From Gaiellaceae bacterium (GTDB lineage: Bacteria > Actinomycetota > Thermoleophilia > Gaiellales > Gaiellaceae): a stretch of DNA of 49,665 nucleotides. The stretch spans positions 1 through 49,665 of the forward strand of contig JBARRS010000116.1 of the NCBI GenBank assembly GCA_049644345.1, given 5' to 3'. Shown here piece after piece: positions 1-8,700 of the stretch. Below the pieces are notes generated by a model. The model saw only the letters and a list, made by a program, of their open reading frames with translations. It did not search any database and was not told where the DNA came from. Each line of letters begins with the position of its first letter. The first letter of the stretch is position 1. A program made the position numbers and the translations under genes.

Positions 1-29
1 ATCCGACCGACACGCTAGCGTTGCCTGCG

Positions 30-476
30 ATGGACTCGGACGCGATCGAGCGGGCGCGCGCGAGGCTCCAAGAAGCCGCCGAGGGGCGGCCCGACCAGGC
101 CGCGGTCGACGCCGCGCTCGAGCGGGCACGCGACCAGGTCGAGGCGCTTGCCCAGACAGCCGCGGAGCTCGAGTCGACGCTGCCCGGCAAGGTCGAGGGT
201 GCCGTCCAGGAGGGTCTTCGGGAGCAGGTGCTCCCGGTCGCACGGCACCTCGCCGAGGTGCGCGGATTGACGGCGCAGGCGATTCGCCGGCTCGAGCGCC
301 TCGAGGGCGACCTGCTCGCCGAGCGCCACGCCCGCGTCGACGACCTGGCGATCCTCGTCGACCTCGTCTCCTCCGGCTGGAAGAGCGTCGACGAGCGGCT
401 CGCGAAGATCGAGCATCACCTCGCCGGATCGGAGGGCGCCGTCGTCTACCGGATCGAGGAACGCCGCTCCGGCTAG
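30..476 (+). CDS. hypothetical coiled-coil protein (Ala/Glu/Arg/Leu-rich)
   Basis: Track ORF 21..476 (TTG at 21, first ATG at 30: MDSDAIERARARL...). Third codon positions are mostly G/C in this frame. The overlapping minus ORF 15..419 reads as antisense junk. No recognisable domain. The 3' end overlaps the convergent kinase stop by 4 nt. Confidence 0.5.
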   Translation: MDSDAIERARARLQEAAEGRPDQAAVDAALERARDQVEALAQTAAELESTLPGKVEGAVQEGLREQVLPVARHLAEVRGLTAQAIRRLERLEGDLLAERHARVDDLAILVDLVSSGWKSVDERLAKIEHHLAGSEGAVVYRIEERRSG

Positions 477-1885
477 AAGGGGGGCCCCGTCGGGAGCACG
501 AGCTCGAAGCGACTGCCGCGGCCGCGCGCGCTCTGGAGCTCGATCCGGCCCCCGAGCGCCAGCGCCAGCTCCTGAGCGATCGCGAGCCCAAGCCCGGTCC
601 CCCCGCCGTCGCGCGACCAGAAGGGCCGGAAGATCCGCTCGCGCTCCTCCTGCGTGATCCCCGGTCCGTTGTCGTCGACTGCGACCCGCACCGAGCCGTT
701 CGCCGAGCGCAGCTCCAGCGAGACCCGGCCGCCGTCGGGCGTCCAGCGGAACGCGTTGGCGAGCAGATTGGAGATCACCTGGAGCACTCGGTCGCCGTCG
801 GAGACGATCACCGGCTGCGAGGAGACGTCACGGGTGTAGTCGATTCTCCGCCGTCGCGCCTCCTCGCTGAAGGCGCCGAAGGCGCGGTCCACCAGGCGCT
901 CCATGTCGACCTCCTCCTCGACCACGGTGAACTTGTGTGCATCGAGCTTTGCGAGATCGAGGACGTCGCCGACGAGCCGCTCGAGCCGCGATGCCTCGGC
1001 GGCGATCACGTCGAGCGACGACGCCTGCGCCTCGGGATCGTGGGCGACACCCTCCCGCAATGCTTCGACATGGCCGCGGATCGCCGTCAGCGGCGTCCGC
1101 AGCTCGTGCGAGACCGTCATCAGGAAGTGGCGCTCGCGCTCGTCGGCCTCGCGCAACCGCTCTGCCATCTCGGCGAAGCGGCTCGACAGGTGCCCGATCT
1201 CGTCGCCGCCGCGGACTTCCGGAACCTCGACCTCGTACCGGCCGGCGGCTACCTCGTCGGCCGCGGCCGAGAGCGCGAGCACCGGCCGCGTAAGCCGCCG
1301 TGAGAGGTACCAGCCGAAGGCTCCGGCGACAAGCACGCCGCCGAGGAAGGCAAGCGCAAGCCGTTCGATTAGAGGCACCCACCTCGCGCGCAGGCTGCTC
1401 GTGGGACGCCCAACCACAAACGCACCGAAGACATGGCGGCCGAGCTTCGCAGGATGCGCAACCGCGAGATAGCGCTGCTTGGCACCGGGAGGCTTGAGCT
1501 CGAAGGTGATGATTCGGTTCCGCTCGATCGCACGCCAGTCGACGGAGCGGCGAGAGAGCAGAGTGAAGCCGGCGTTCTGATGAGGGAAGAGCGGCAGGCC
1601 GACGTAATAGATGTGGTCTCCCGTGGCCTTCTGGAGCTTGGCGGGGGCGATTGTCAGCGGCGCCTTGCCCTCGTCGACCGCCTTGATGGCCTGATCCTCG
1701 TAAAGGCTCGCAAGCCCCGTCGCCTCGCGGCGCAAATCGCCGACCGCGCGAGCTCGGGTGTAGCTCTGGAACAGACGGACGGCGATCGCGGTCGAGACGA
1801 GCCCGGAGAGGACGATCCCGAGGAGGAACAGGGCCGGCAGCCGGAACCGGAGCGAGCGAAACACGCGCGCCTCGCGGCTACGCAC
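473..1885 (-). CDS. sensor histidine kinase (2 TM, HAMP, HisKA, HATPase_c)
   Basis: 470 aa. H-box FLMTVSHELRTPLTAIRGH. N/G boxes (ISNLLANAFRW, DDNGPGI, GGTGLGLAIA). N-terminal TM segment LPALFLLGIVLSGLV and a second TM before the HAMP-like region. GTG start at 1885 overlaps the response regulator stop by 8 nt. Confidence 0.9.
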   Translation of the reverse strand: MRSREARVFRSLRFRLPALFLLGIVLSGLVSTAIAVRLFQSYTRARAVGDLRREATGLASLYEDQAIKAVDEGKAPLTIAPAKLQKATGDHIYYVGLPLFPHQNAGFTLLSRRSVDWRAIERNRIITFELKPPGAKQRYLAVAHPAKLGRHVFGAFVVGRPTSSLRARWVPLIERLALAFLGGVLVAGAFGWYLSRRLTRPVLALSAAADEVAAGRYEVEVPEVRGGDEIGHLSSRFAEMAERLREADERERHFLMTVSHELRTPLTAIRGHVEALREGVAHDPEAQASSLDVIAAEASRLERLVGDVLDLAKLDAHKFTVVEEEVDMERLVDRAFGAFSEEARRRRIDYTRDVSSQPVIVSDGDRVLQVISNLLANAFRWTPDGGRVSLELRSANGSVRVAVDDNGPGITQEERERIFRPFWSRDGGGTGLGLAIAQELALALGGRIELQSARGRGSRFELVLPTGPPF

Positions 1886-2585
1886 TGACGGTGTCCCGCG
1901 CGGGCGCGACCTTGTAGCCGACGCCCCACACGGTCACGATCGGCGACGCCTCACCGAGCTTGCGCCGCAGCTGCCTCACGTGCACGTCGACGGTGCGAGT
2001 GTCGCCGGCGAAGGTGTATCCCCAGACCCGCTCGAGCAGCTGGTCGCGCGTCAGCACGACGCCGCGATGGTCGAGCAGCTCCCAGAGCAGATCGAATTCC
2101 TTGGGCGCGAGCTGGACCTCCTCCTTGCCCACACGGGCCTCGCGCCGCCCGGCGTCCACGAACAGGTCGCCGTGGCGAATCTGCCGCGTCTCGGCGCCGC
2201 GGCGCTCGGGAGCCGCCCTCCGGAGGATCGACTTGACGCGCGCGACGAGCTCGCGGGGGTTGAACGGCTTCGTCAGGTAGTCGTCGGCGCCGACCTCGAG
2301 CCCGATGATCTTGTCGATGTCCTCGTCGCGCGCGGTCAGCATCAGGATCGGAACGTCGGAACGCTGGCGGATACGGCGGCAGACCTCGATCCCGTCGACA
2401 TCCGGCAGCATCAAATCGAGGACGATCAGCGCCGGGTCCAGCGATTCGTTCTGCGCAAGCGCGTCGGCACCGGTTCCGACAGCGCGCACGTCGTAGCCGG
2501 CGTTCTTCAGGTACAGCGCGACGAACGAGGCGATCGAGCTCTCGTCCTCGACCACCAGGATGGTCTTGACCTGAGCTCCCGCCAT
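1878..2585 (-). CDS. OmpR/PhoB-family response regulator
   Basis: 235 aa. Receiver domain (ILVVEDE..., LDLMLPDVDG, LTARDEDIDKI, ADDYLTKPF). C-terminal winged-helix trans_reg_C (LAPKEFDLLWELL..., VWGYTF..., TRTVDVHVRQLRRKL, TVWGVGYK). Confidence 0.92.
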   Translation of the reverse strand: MAGAQVKTILVVEDESSIASFVALYLKNAGYDVRAVGTGADALAQNESLDPALIVLDLMLPDVDGIEVCRRIRQRSDVPILMLTARDEDIDKIIGLEVGADDYLTKPFNPRELVARVKSILRRAAPERRGAETRQIRHGDLFVDAGRREARVGKEEVQLAPKEFDLLWELLDHRGVVLTRDQLLERVWGYTFAGDTRTVDVHVRQLRRKLGEASPIVTVWGVGYKVAPARDTVSA

Positions 2586-2610
2586 GGCCTCAGGATGCCA
2601 GAGACTCCTG

Positions 2611-3123
2611 TCAGCCCCCGGCCGGTGCCACGAGCGGATACGTCTTGGGGTAGTCGGGCAGCGACTGGTAGGGCGCGTCGTTCAGCGAGAAGGACCCGTC
2701 GGGGATCCCGGCGGCGGCGTCGCCGGTGCCGTTCAACGTGACCTTCCCCTGGCCGACGGCCGAGACGTAGATCCCGATTCCGGTGATCCTGATGAAGTAG
2801 AAGCCTCCGATCAGGCGGAAGCGGAGGTTGGTGCCGGAGCACACGACCTTCTTGCCATTCGGGTTGGGTGTCGAGTCGGAGAGGTCGGCAAAGTAACCGC
2901 AGTTCTTCAGGATCGGCCCACTGCCGTCGGAGGTGTCCGGGTCGTACGCGCGGATCGTCCCCCTGGCCAGCTGCCCGATGATCGACCCGTTGACGCGAAG
3001 CCAGACGAGCCCTTTGCCCCGTTTGACCGACAGCGTGCCGTCGCCTGCATCGCTGGTGAGCGCGAAAGCAGCCGCAGGCAACGCAAGGAGCGCAACGAGA
3101 CACACGAAGAGAAGCCGCCTCAC
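2611..3123 (-). CDS. secreted hypothetical protein, first gene of the two-component operon
   Basis: Track ORF 2611..3222 trimmed to GTG at 3123 (VRRLLFVCLVALLALPAAAFA|LTSD), a classic signal peptide. Codons upstream of 3123 lose the G/C third-position bias. Stop lies 25 nt before the response regulator start. No domain recognised. Confidence 0.6.
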   Translation of the reverse strand: MRRLLFVCLVALLALPAAAFALTSDAGDGTLSVKRGKGLVWLRVNGSIIGQLARGTIRAYDPDTSDGSGPILKNCGYFADLSDSTPNPNGKKVVCSGTNLRFRLIGGFYFIRITGIGIYVSAVGQGKVTLNGTGDAAAGIPDGSFSLNDAPYQSLPDYPKTYPLVAPAGG

Positions 3124-3224
3124 GACGAGCGAAGTATCGGTGCCGCAGTTGTGCTGTGGATAAGCGGATTGTAAGGGAACCGTTAGCGCAGAAACCCGTT
3201 TCGGAGCGGGGACAATTGGCACCC

Positions 3225-4223
3225 TCAGCCGGCCGTCAGCTTGTGGATGAACGCGTCTTCGGCTTGGTAGTCGAAGTCGTCCTTCATCAGCTCGGCGGCC
3301 CGGGGCAACGCCTCACGCCAGGGCCGGTCCCGCGTCGCCTCCACGAGCCACTCGACCGTCTCCGGCACCGCTCTCTCGTACGTCGTCACCGGCCGGTAGC
3401 GAAGCTCGAGCTCGGCCTCCGTCATGTCGAGCACGAATGGGTGCGGTACGGACCACGGTGTCTCCCCGACTCCGAGCTGGTCACCGACGAGCACCTCGGC
3501 CCACTCATTGCCGAGCACCCCGGCGATCGCGCGGGAGATCTCGAGCACGGTCGGAGCGTTCGGGTCGCCCGCGTTGAGGACGCGCCTACCCGGCCGCTCC
3601 GCAGCCAGCCGGATCAGCTCCGCGAGGTTGTGGACCGAGACGGGATGGAAGCGGCTCTCACCACGGTAGGAGAGGACGACGACCCGCCGGCGGTCAAGCG
3701 CGCGCTTGACGAAGTACCACTCACGCGCGCTCGACCATGGGCCGTAGATCGCACCTGCGCGGACGAATGTCGCCGGCAGCTCGTCTTGGGCCAGCAGCTT
3801 CTGCTCGATCGCAGCCTTCTTGGTCGCGTAGCTCTCGGGTCCCGGCGATGCGATTGGGCTGCGTTCGGAGATCGGAACCGGCAGCCGCGGAAATTGCGAA
3901 TCATCCCCTTTCGCTGTCTCGAAGTAGACGGCCGCGCTCGAGATAACCACGACCGAGCGGACGAGGTCCTGTAGCGCCAGCAGCTGGTCTGCGTGCTCGG
4001 GCTCGAAGGCGACGAAGTCGACGACCACGTCGGCGCCCTCGCCGAGCGCCGCGCGCAGAGCCCCGCTGTCGGCGCGGTCGACCTCGACGTGCTCGACGCC
4101 CTCGGGCACGGGGCGCTCACCGCGGCTGGCGACGACGACGTCCCAGCCACGCTCGAAGAGGCGCGGGACGAGCGCGCGACCGGTTTGGCCGGTGCCTCCG
4201 AGGAGAAACGCGCGCCGGGCCAT
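3225..4223 (-). CDS. NAD(P)-dependent epimerase/dehydratase family (Rossmann) protein
   Basis: Track ORF 3225..4400 trimmed to ATG at 4223 (MARRAFLLGGTGQTGRALVPRLFERGWDVVV). This is a glycine-rich GxxGxxG dinucleotide fold at the N-terminus. The upstream extension is Arg/Ser-rich junk overlapping the divergent gene. Confidence 0.8.
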   Translation of the reverse strand: MARRAFLLGGTGQTGRALVPRLFERGWDVVVASRGERPVPEGVEHVEVDRADSGALRAALGEGADVVVDFVAFEPEHADQLLALQDLVRSVVVISSAAVYFETAKGDDSQFPRLPVPISERSPIASPGPESYATKKAAIEQKLLAQDELPATFVRAGAIYGPWSSAREWYFVKRALDRRRVVVLSYRGESRFHPVSVHNLAELIRLAAERPGRRVLNAGDPNAPTVLEISRAIAGVLGNEWAEVLVGDQLGVGETPWSVPHPFVLDMTEAELELRYRPVTTYERAVPETVEWLVEATRDRPWREALPRAAELMKDDFDYQAEDAFIHKLTAG

Positions 4224-4232
4224 GGCGCCGAC

Positions 4233-4257
4233 GATATCAGCCTGATATCTTGATATC
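4233..4257. promoter_or_regulatory. three GATATC palindromes in the 37-bp divergent spacer (candidate operator / leaderless promoters)
   Basis: GATATC at 4233-4238, 4244-4249 and 4252-4257, between the ATG at 4223 (minus) and the ATG at 4261 (plus). On the minus strand, TATCGT (TANNNT type) ends 7 nt before the ATG at 4223. Confidence 0.45.
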
Positions 4258-4260
4258 GCA

Positions 4261-4626
4261 ATGGAGCAGCAGCGTGGCCTCTTCGTCCGTCTCCCAGCAA
4301 CCGCAGCCGAGAAGCTGGACCGCGCGTCCTTCGAGCTGAAGACCCCTAAGCGGGAGCTCGTCGCGAGCCTCGTCGAACGGCACCTCGGCGCCGACGACAT
4401 CGTGGTCGGGCGCGCGGCCGTCTCGGCGACAGAGCCCGATGTCCTGACCGTCGAGCAGCTCGCCGGGCTGCTTCAGATCGACGAGAAGACGGTGCGGTCG
4501 CTCGCGGCGGCCGGGGAGATTCCGGGCCGGAGGCTCGGGCGCCACTGGCGTTTCTCGCGACAGGCCGTGCTCGATTGGCTCGCGACGCCGGAGCGCCGCA
4601 AGGGAACCGCGGGCTTCCAGACCTAG
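4261..4626 (+). CDS. excisionase/MerR-type helix-turn-helix DNA-binding protein
   Basis: 121 aa. The C-terminal LTVEQLAGLLQIDEKTVRSLAAAGEIPGRRLGRHWRFSRQAVLDWL matches the excisionase-family HTH pattern. No integrase or recombinase nearby. Confidence 0.7.
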   Translation: MEQQRGLFVRLPATAAEKLDRASFELKTPKRELVASLVERHLGADDIVVGRAAVSATEPDVLTVEQLAGLLQIDEKTVRSLAAAGEIPGRRLGRHWRFSRQAVLDWLATPERRKGTAGFQT

Positions 4627-5198
4627 GCCCAGGGCAATCGGGTCCAGGTATCCGGCCGCTCAGGCTGCCAATGAGGGAACGATGCGTAGGCTTCGGAGGG
4701 CGAGCTCGTCTGCGCCTCGACGCCCGCGCGGTAGCGGCGGGCCAGCTCCGACAGCGGATAGAAGATGTCCCTTTCCCTGCTTCGTCCGCCCGTCATGAAG
4801 ATGACGCACGGACCGTCTCCGGCGCCGACGAAGACGTGCGCGGTGCCGGGCGGGCAGTGCACGAAGTCCCATGCCTGAAGCGGCCGCTCCTCGCCTTCGA
4901 CGAGCAGCAGGCACTGGCCGGCGAGCACGAGAAAGTCCTCTTGGTTGGACTCCGCGTGGTACATCCCGCTCGGCTGCCCGGGCGCAAACACCGCGAGAGT
5001 GAATCCGACATCGGCGAACTTGTGAACGGGTAGATCAGGACGCCCGCGAAGGACGGGGGTGTCGCCCTCGAAGACGCATCTGGCTCCGAAAGCGTCGTTT
5101 GTGAGCCACGCAGCGTCACGGACGTTGACGACGAACCAGCCGTCAGTCACGGGTGCAAGGCCGGAGTCCACCTCCTCGAGCGGTGCTTCTTCGACCAT
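4623..5198 (-). CDS. cupin-domain protein
   Basis: 191 aa. Cupin-like core (MYHAESNQEDFLVLAGQCLLLVEGEERPLQAWDFVHCPPGTAHVFVG). Strong SD GAGAGGAGAA upstream of the ATG at 5198. Lies 24 nt downstream of hbd. Confidence 0.75.
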   Translation of the reverse strand: MVEEAPLEEVDSGLAPVTDGWFVVNVRDAAWLTNDAFGARCVFEGDTPVLRGRPDLPVHKFADVGFTLAVFAPGQPSGMYHAESNQEDFLVLAGQCLLLVEGEERPLQAWDFVHCPPGTAHVFVGAGDGPCVIFMTGGRSRERDIFYPLSELARRYRAGVEAQTSSPSEAYASFPHWQPERPDTWTRLPWA

Positions 5199-5222
5199 CG
5201 TTCTCCTCTCTTTTGGCAGCCC

Positions 5223-6086
5223 CTAGTACTCGAAGAAGCCCCTGCCGCTCTTGCGGCCGAGGCGACCTTCCTTCTGCATCGCGAGCAGGCGTTCGGGCGG
5301 CGCCATCCGCTCCTCGCCGAGCTTGAGGTGCAGCGCTTCCGACGCGTGCACGTGAACGTCGATTCCGATCAGGTCGATCAGCGCGCACGGGCCCAGCGGC
5401 CAGCCGGCCCCGTTCGTCATCGCCTTGTCCATGTCCTCAGGGGTCACATCCGCCTCGTCCAGGACTCGGACACAGTCGTTCAGGAGCGGAATCAGGATCC
5501 GGTTGACGATGAATCCGGGCGTGTCCTTGCAGCTGACGGGCTGCTTGCCCGCGCGGTCGGCCCACTCGTAGGCGGTGCGGACCACCTCGTCGGAGCTCTC
5601 GCGGCCGCGGACGATCTCGACCAGCGGCAGCACCGGCGCCGGATTGAAGAAGTGCATGCCGACGACGCGCTCGGGGTGCTCCGTTGCCTCGGCGATCTCG
5701 GCAACCGACAGCGCCGACGTGTTCGTGGCAAGGATCGCGCCCGGCCTCGTGATCCGGTCGAGCTCGGCAAAGACCTCGCGCTTGAGCTCCAGCTCCTCCA
5801 GCACGGCCTCGATCACGAGGTCACAGCCGGCGATGTCGCCGAGCTCCGTCGTCAACGTGAGCCGACCGAGCGCCGCCTCCCTCTCGTCTGCCGTCATCCG
5901 CCCCTTCTCGACGGCCCGGCCGAGATAGTGCTCGATCGTGGAACCACCGCGCCCGGCGAGCTCGTCGTTCACCTCACGGCCGACCGTCTCGAAGCCCGCC
6001 TGCACGGCGACCTGAGCGATTCCCGCCCCCATCGTCCCCAGCCCGACGACTCCGACCTTCCGGATCTCGGACAGAGTGGCCGCCAC
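5223..6086 (-). CDS. hbd: 3-hydroxyacyl-CoA / 3-hydroxybutyryl-CoA dehydrogenase
   Basis: 287 aa. N-terminal VGVVGLGTMGAGIAQVAVQAGFETV Rossmann motif, NTSALSV, HFFNPAPVLPLVEIV, GFIVNRILIP. Typical of the 3HCDH family. GTG start at 6086. Confidence 0.88.
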   Translation of the reverse strand: MAATLSEIRKVGVVGLGTMGAGIAQVAVQAGFETVGREVNDELAGRGGSTIEHYLGRAVEKGRMTADEREAALGRLTLTTELGDIAGCDLVIEAVLEELELKREVFAELDRITRPGAILATNTSALSVAEIAEATEHPERVVGMHFFNPAPVLPLVEIVRGRESSDEVVRTAYEWADRAGKQPVSCKDTPGFIVNRILIPLLNDCVRVLDEADVTPEDMDKAMTNGAGWPLGPCALIDLIGIDVHVHASEALHLKLGEERMAPPERLLAMQKEGRLGRKSGRGFFEY

Positions 6087-6109
6087 GGGGGCGGAATTCT
6101 AGTCGTCGC

Positions 6110-6232
6110 TCAGCGGGTGCCCGGCCACCACGGACGCCGGTCTCGCGGGTCCCGTGCGTGGGAATCCGCGCCGTAGAGGAGGGCGACCGGCCCGATGACG
6201 ACCAGGAAGACGACTGCGAGAGCAATTCCCAT
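6110..6232 (-). CDS. candidate small membrane protein (40 aa; 49 aa if ATG 6259 is used)
   Basis: Not in the ORF track (too short). MGIALAVVFLVVIGPVALLYGADSHARDPRDRRPWWPGTR* hand-translated codon by codon. One hydrophobic helix plus a charged tail. Strong G/C third-position bias. Ends 23 nt upstream of the hbd start on the same strand. Confidence 0.35.
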   Translation of the reverse strand: MGIALAVVFLVVIGPVALLYGADSHARDPRDRRPWWPGTR

Positions 6233-6291
6233 GCCCACAGGGTGCCTCGTCGACCTCATTAGCGCAAATCAATGTATCGTTCGAGTCGATC

Positions 6292-7239
6292 ATGGAACCT
6301 GATCGCTGGCTCGGTGTCGAGCTCCGCCATCTCGCCGCGCTCGAAGCGGTCGCCGAGGAGCGCTCGTTCGGCCGCGCCGCCGAGCTCCTCGGCTACACGC
6401 AATCGGCGATCAGCCAGCAGATCGCGACGCTCGAACGGATCGTCGGCGTCCAGTTGATCGACCGGCCGGGAGGACCGAAGGCCGTCTCGCTCACGGAGGC
6501 CGGCGAGCTGTTGCTGCGGCACGCGAACGCGATCGTCGCGCGACTGCAGGCTGCGGAGGCGGACCTCGCGCGCTACGCAGAAGGGCGCGGCGGCACTCTG
6601 CGGATCGGAACCTTCCAGTCGGTCGGGGCGCGGGTCCTCCCCTCCCTGATGCGTGCCTTCGGCGACTCCTGGCCTGACGTTCGGATCGCGCTGACCGAGT
6701 CGTCGTCGGACGAAGACCTCGCGGACGAGGTCGAGCGAGGCGAGCTCGATCTCGCGTTCGTGATGCTGCCGCCGCCGGAGGGCCCGTTCGAGCTCGTGGA
6801 GCTGATGGACGATCCTTATGTGCTGGTCGTCCCGGCTGACTCGCCTCTCGGCGAAAGGCGGCAGCCGCTCAAGTCTCGCGACCTCGAAGGGCTGCCCTTG
6901 ATCAGCAACCGCCTGTGCAGGTCCACTGTGCTGGCCGAGAACCAGCTCCGGGCGCGCGGCGTCTCCTGCGACGTCGTCTTCCGCTCCGACGACAACGGGA
7001 CTGTCCAGGGAATGGTCGCAGCAGGCGTCGGGGTTGCGCTCGTCCCGCTGCTCACGGTCGACGAGGGCGACAGTCGGGTGCGGATCCTCGACCTGGGTCG
7101 CCGCTTTCCGCCCCGCCGCATCGCGATCGCCTCGCACCGCGACAGGCAGCAGGCTCCCGCCGCGCGAGCCTTCGTCGAGACGGCACGCGAGCTCTGCGCC
7201 GGGCTCCAGCAGCGCCTCGCTGCGGCAGCCGTCGCCTAG
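6292..7239 (+). CDS. LysR-family transcriptional regulator
   Basis: 315 aa. N-terminal HTH LRHLAALEAVAEERSFGRAAELLGYTQSAISQQIATLERIVGVQLIDR plus a LysR substrate-binding domain. Divergent from the hbd string and directly upstream of the aldehyde dehydrogenase. Confidence 0.9.
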   Translation: MEPDRWLGVELRHLAALEAVAEERSFGRAAELLGYTQSAISQQIATLERIVGVQLIDRPGGPKAVSLTEAGELLLRHANAIVARLQAAEADLARYAEGRGGTLRIGTFQSVGARVLPSLMRAFGDSWPDVRIALTESSSDEDLADEVERGELDLAFVMLPPPEGPFELVELMDDPYVLVVPADSPLGERRQPLKSRDLEGLPLISNRLCRSTVLAENQLRARGVSCDVVFRSDDNGTVQGMVAAGVGVALVPLLTVDEGDSRVRILDLGRRFPPRRIAIASHRDRQQAPAARAFVETARELCAGLQQRLAAAAVA

Positions 7240-7249
7240 ACTCCTCGTC

Positions 7250-8668
7250 ATGGCGACAACGCTCGCGGAACGGAAGCTGCTCGTGGGCGGCGAATGGATC
7301 GAGACCGGCGACTGGGTCGAGGTCCGGTCGCCTTACTCGGGCGAAACCGTCGCCCGCGTGGCAAAGGCGAGAGCCGGAGAAGTGCGGCGTGCGATCGACG
7401 CCGCCGAACAGGCGATGCGCGACCCGTTGCCCGCGCACAAGCGGGCTGAGATCCTCGTCCGCGTCGCCGCCGCGCTCGGCCGTCGCCACGACGAGGTCGC
7501 ACAGCTGATCTCGGACGAGGCCGGCAAGCCGATGAAGGCCGCCCGCGTCGAGGCCAGGCGCGCGATGTCGACCTACACGTTCGCCGCCGTCGAGGCGCGC
7601 AAGCTCGTCGGAGACGTGATCCCCATGGACGCCTCCCAGGCCGGCGAAGGCAAGCTCGCGTTCACCCTCCGCCGCCCTCGAGGGATCGTCGGGGCGATCA
7701 GCCCCTTCAACTTCCCGCTCAACCTCGTGGCGCACAAGCTCGCCCCGGCGCTCGCGGCCGGTTGCGCGGTCGTGCTCAAGCCTGCGAGCCAGACGCCGCT
7801 CTCTGCGCTTCTGCTCGCCGAGCTCGAGGAGGACGCGGGCCTTCCGCCCGGGTGGCTGAACGTCCTCGTCGGCCCCGCTGCGGAAATCGGCGACGTCCTC
7901 GTCGAGGACGAGCGCGTGAAGGCGATCACCTTTACCGGCTCGAGCGGGGTCGGCTGGGGCCTCGCCGAGCGCGCCTCGCGCAAGCACGTCGCGCTCGAGC
8001 TCGGCAACTCGACGCCCGTGATCGTGGCGTCGGACGCGGACGTCGAGGAGGCGGCCGAGAAGCTCGCCGCCAACAGCTTCTCGTTCGCGGGCCAGAGCTG
8101 CATCTCCGTCCAGCGGATCTACATCGAGCGGCCGGCCTACGACGGCTTCCTCGAGCGCTTCCTGCCGCGCGTCGAGGCGCTCAAGGTCGGTGATCCCGCC
8201 GAGGAGGACACAGACGTCGGCCCCGTGATCGACGAGGACGCCCGCGAGCGGATTCTCGAGTGGATCCGCGAGTCGAACGGCCAGGTGCTCACGGGCGGCG
8301 ACCTCGACGGTGAGCTGATCCGGCCAACGGTGATCGCCAACCCCGATCCGGCAGACAAGGTCAGCTGCGAGGAGGTGTTCGGCCCCGTCGTGACCGTCAG
8401 CGCATGCGAGTCGCTCGACGAAGCGGTCGAGCTCGCGAACGGGACGAGGTACGGCCTGCAGGCGGGGATCTTCACGAACGACCTTCGCGCAGCGCTGCAT
8501 GCAGCTCAGGAGCTCGAGTTCGGCGGCGTCACAGTCAACGAGGCGCCGACCTTCCGCGCGGACCAGATGCCCTACGGCGGCGTCAAGGACTCCGGGAACA
8601 CGCGGGAAGGGCCTGCTTACGCCGTCCGCGAGCTGACCGAAGAACACCTCGTCGTCATCGACCTCTAG
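7250..8668 (+). CDS. NAD(P)-dependent aldehyde dehydrogenase
   Basis: Track ORF 7034..8668 trimmed to ATG at 7250 (MATTLAERKLLVGGEWIE...). Motifs FNFPLNL, VLKPASQTP, ITFTGSSGVG, ELGNSTP, FSFAGQSCISVQR (catalytic Cys), EEVFGPV. The upstream extension overlaps the lysR 3' end. Confidence 0.9.
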   Translation: MATTLAERKLLVGGEWIETGDWVEVRSPYSGETVARVAKARAGEVRRAIDAAEQAMRDPLPAHKRAEILVRVAAALGRRHDEVAQLISDEAGKPMKAARVEARRAMSTYTFAAVEARKLVGDVIPMDASQAGEGKLAFTLRRPRGIVGAISPFNFPLNLVAHKLAPALAAGCAVVLKPASQTPLSALLLAELEEDAGLPPGWLNVLVGPAAEIGDVLVEDERVKAITFTGSSGVGWGLAERASRKHVALELGNSTPVIVASDADVEEAAEKLAANSFSFAGQSCISVQRIYIERPAYDGFLERFLPRVEALKVGDPAEEDTDVGPVIDEDARERILEWIRESNGQVLTGGDLDGELIRPTVIANPDPADKVSCEEVFGPVVTVSACESLDEAVELANGTRYGLQAGIFTNDLRAALHAAQELEFGGVTVNEAPTFRADQMPYGGVKDSGNTREGPAYAVRELTEEHLVVIDL

Positions 8669-8700
8669 CGGCCGGTTTTCGGGCTAGACTCGGGAGTCTC

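Noticed and set aside
4261-4626. Excisionase-type HTH gene as a marker of a prophage or integrative element
   Set aside because: There is no integrase, recombinase, att-like repeat, tRNA target or phage gene in the surroundings. The neighbours are ordinary metabolic genes. It is more likely a small MerR/Xis-fold regulator.
6225-6297. tRNA-like T-arm ATCG-TTCGAGT-CGAT near 6274-6290
   Set aside because: The stem is only 4 bp. The 7-nt 3' flank has no complementary acceptor strand at the required distance (TTCCCATG has an extra base). No D or anticodon arms could be drawn, and it overlaps the lysR start. It is a chance match.
7052-8647. 531-aa minus ORF opposite the aldehyde dehydrogenase
   Set aside because: It is antisense to a gene with all ALDH family motifs, including the catalytic Cys. 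It is an artefact of GC-rich sequence.
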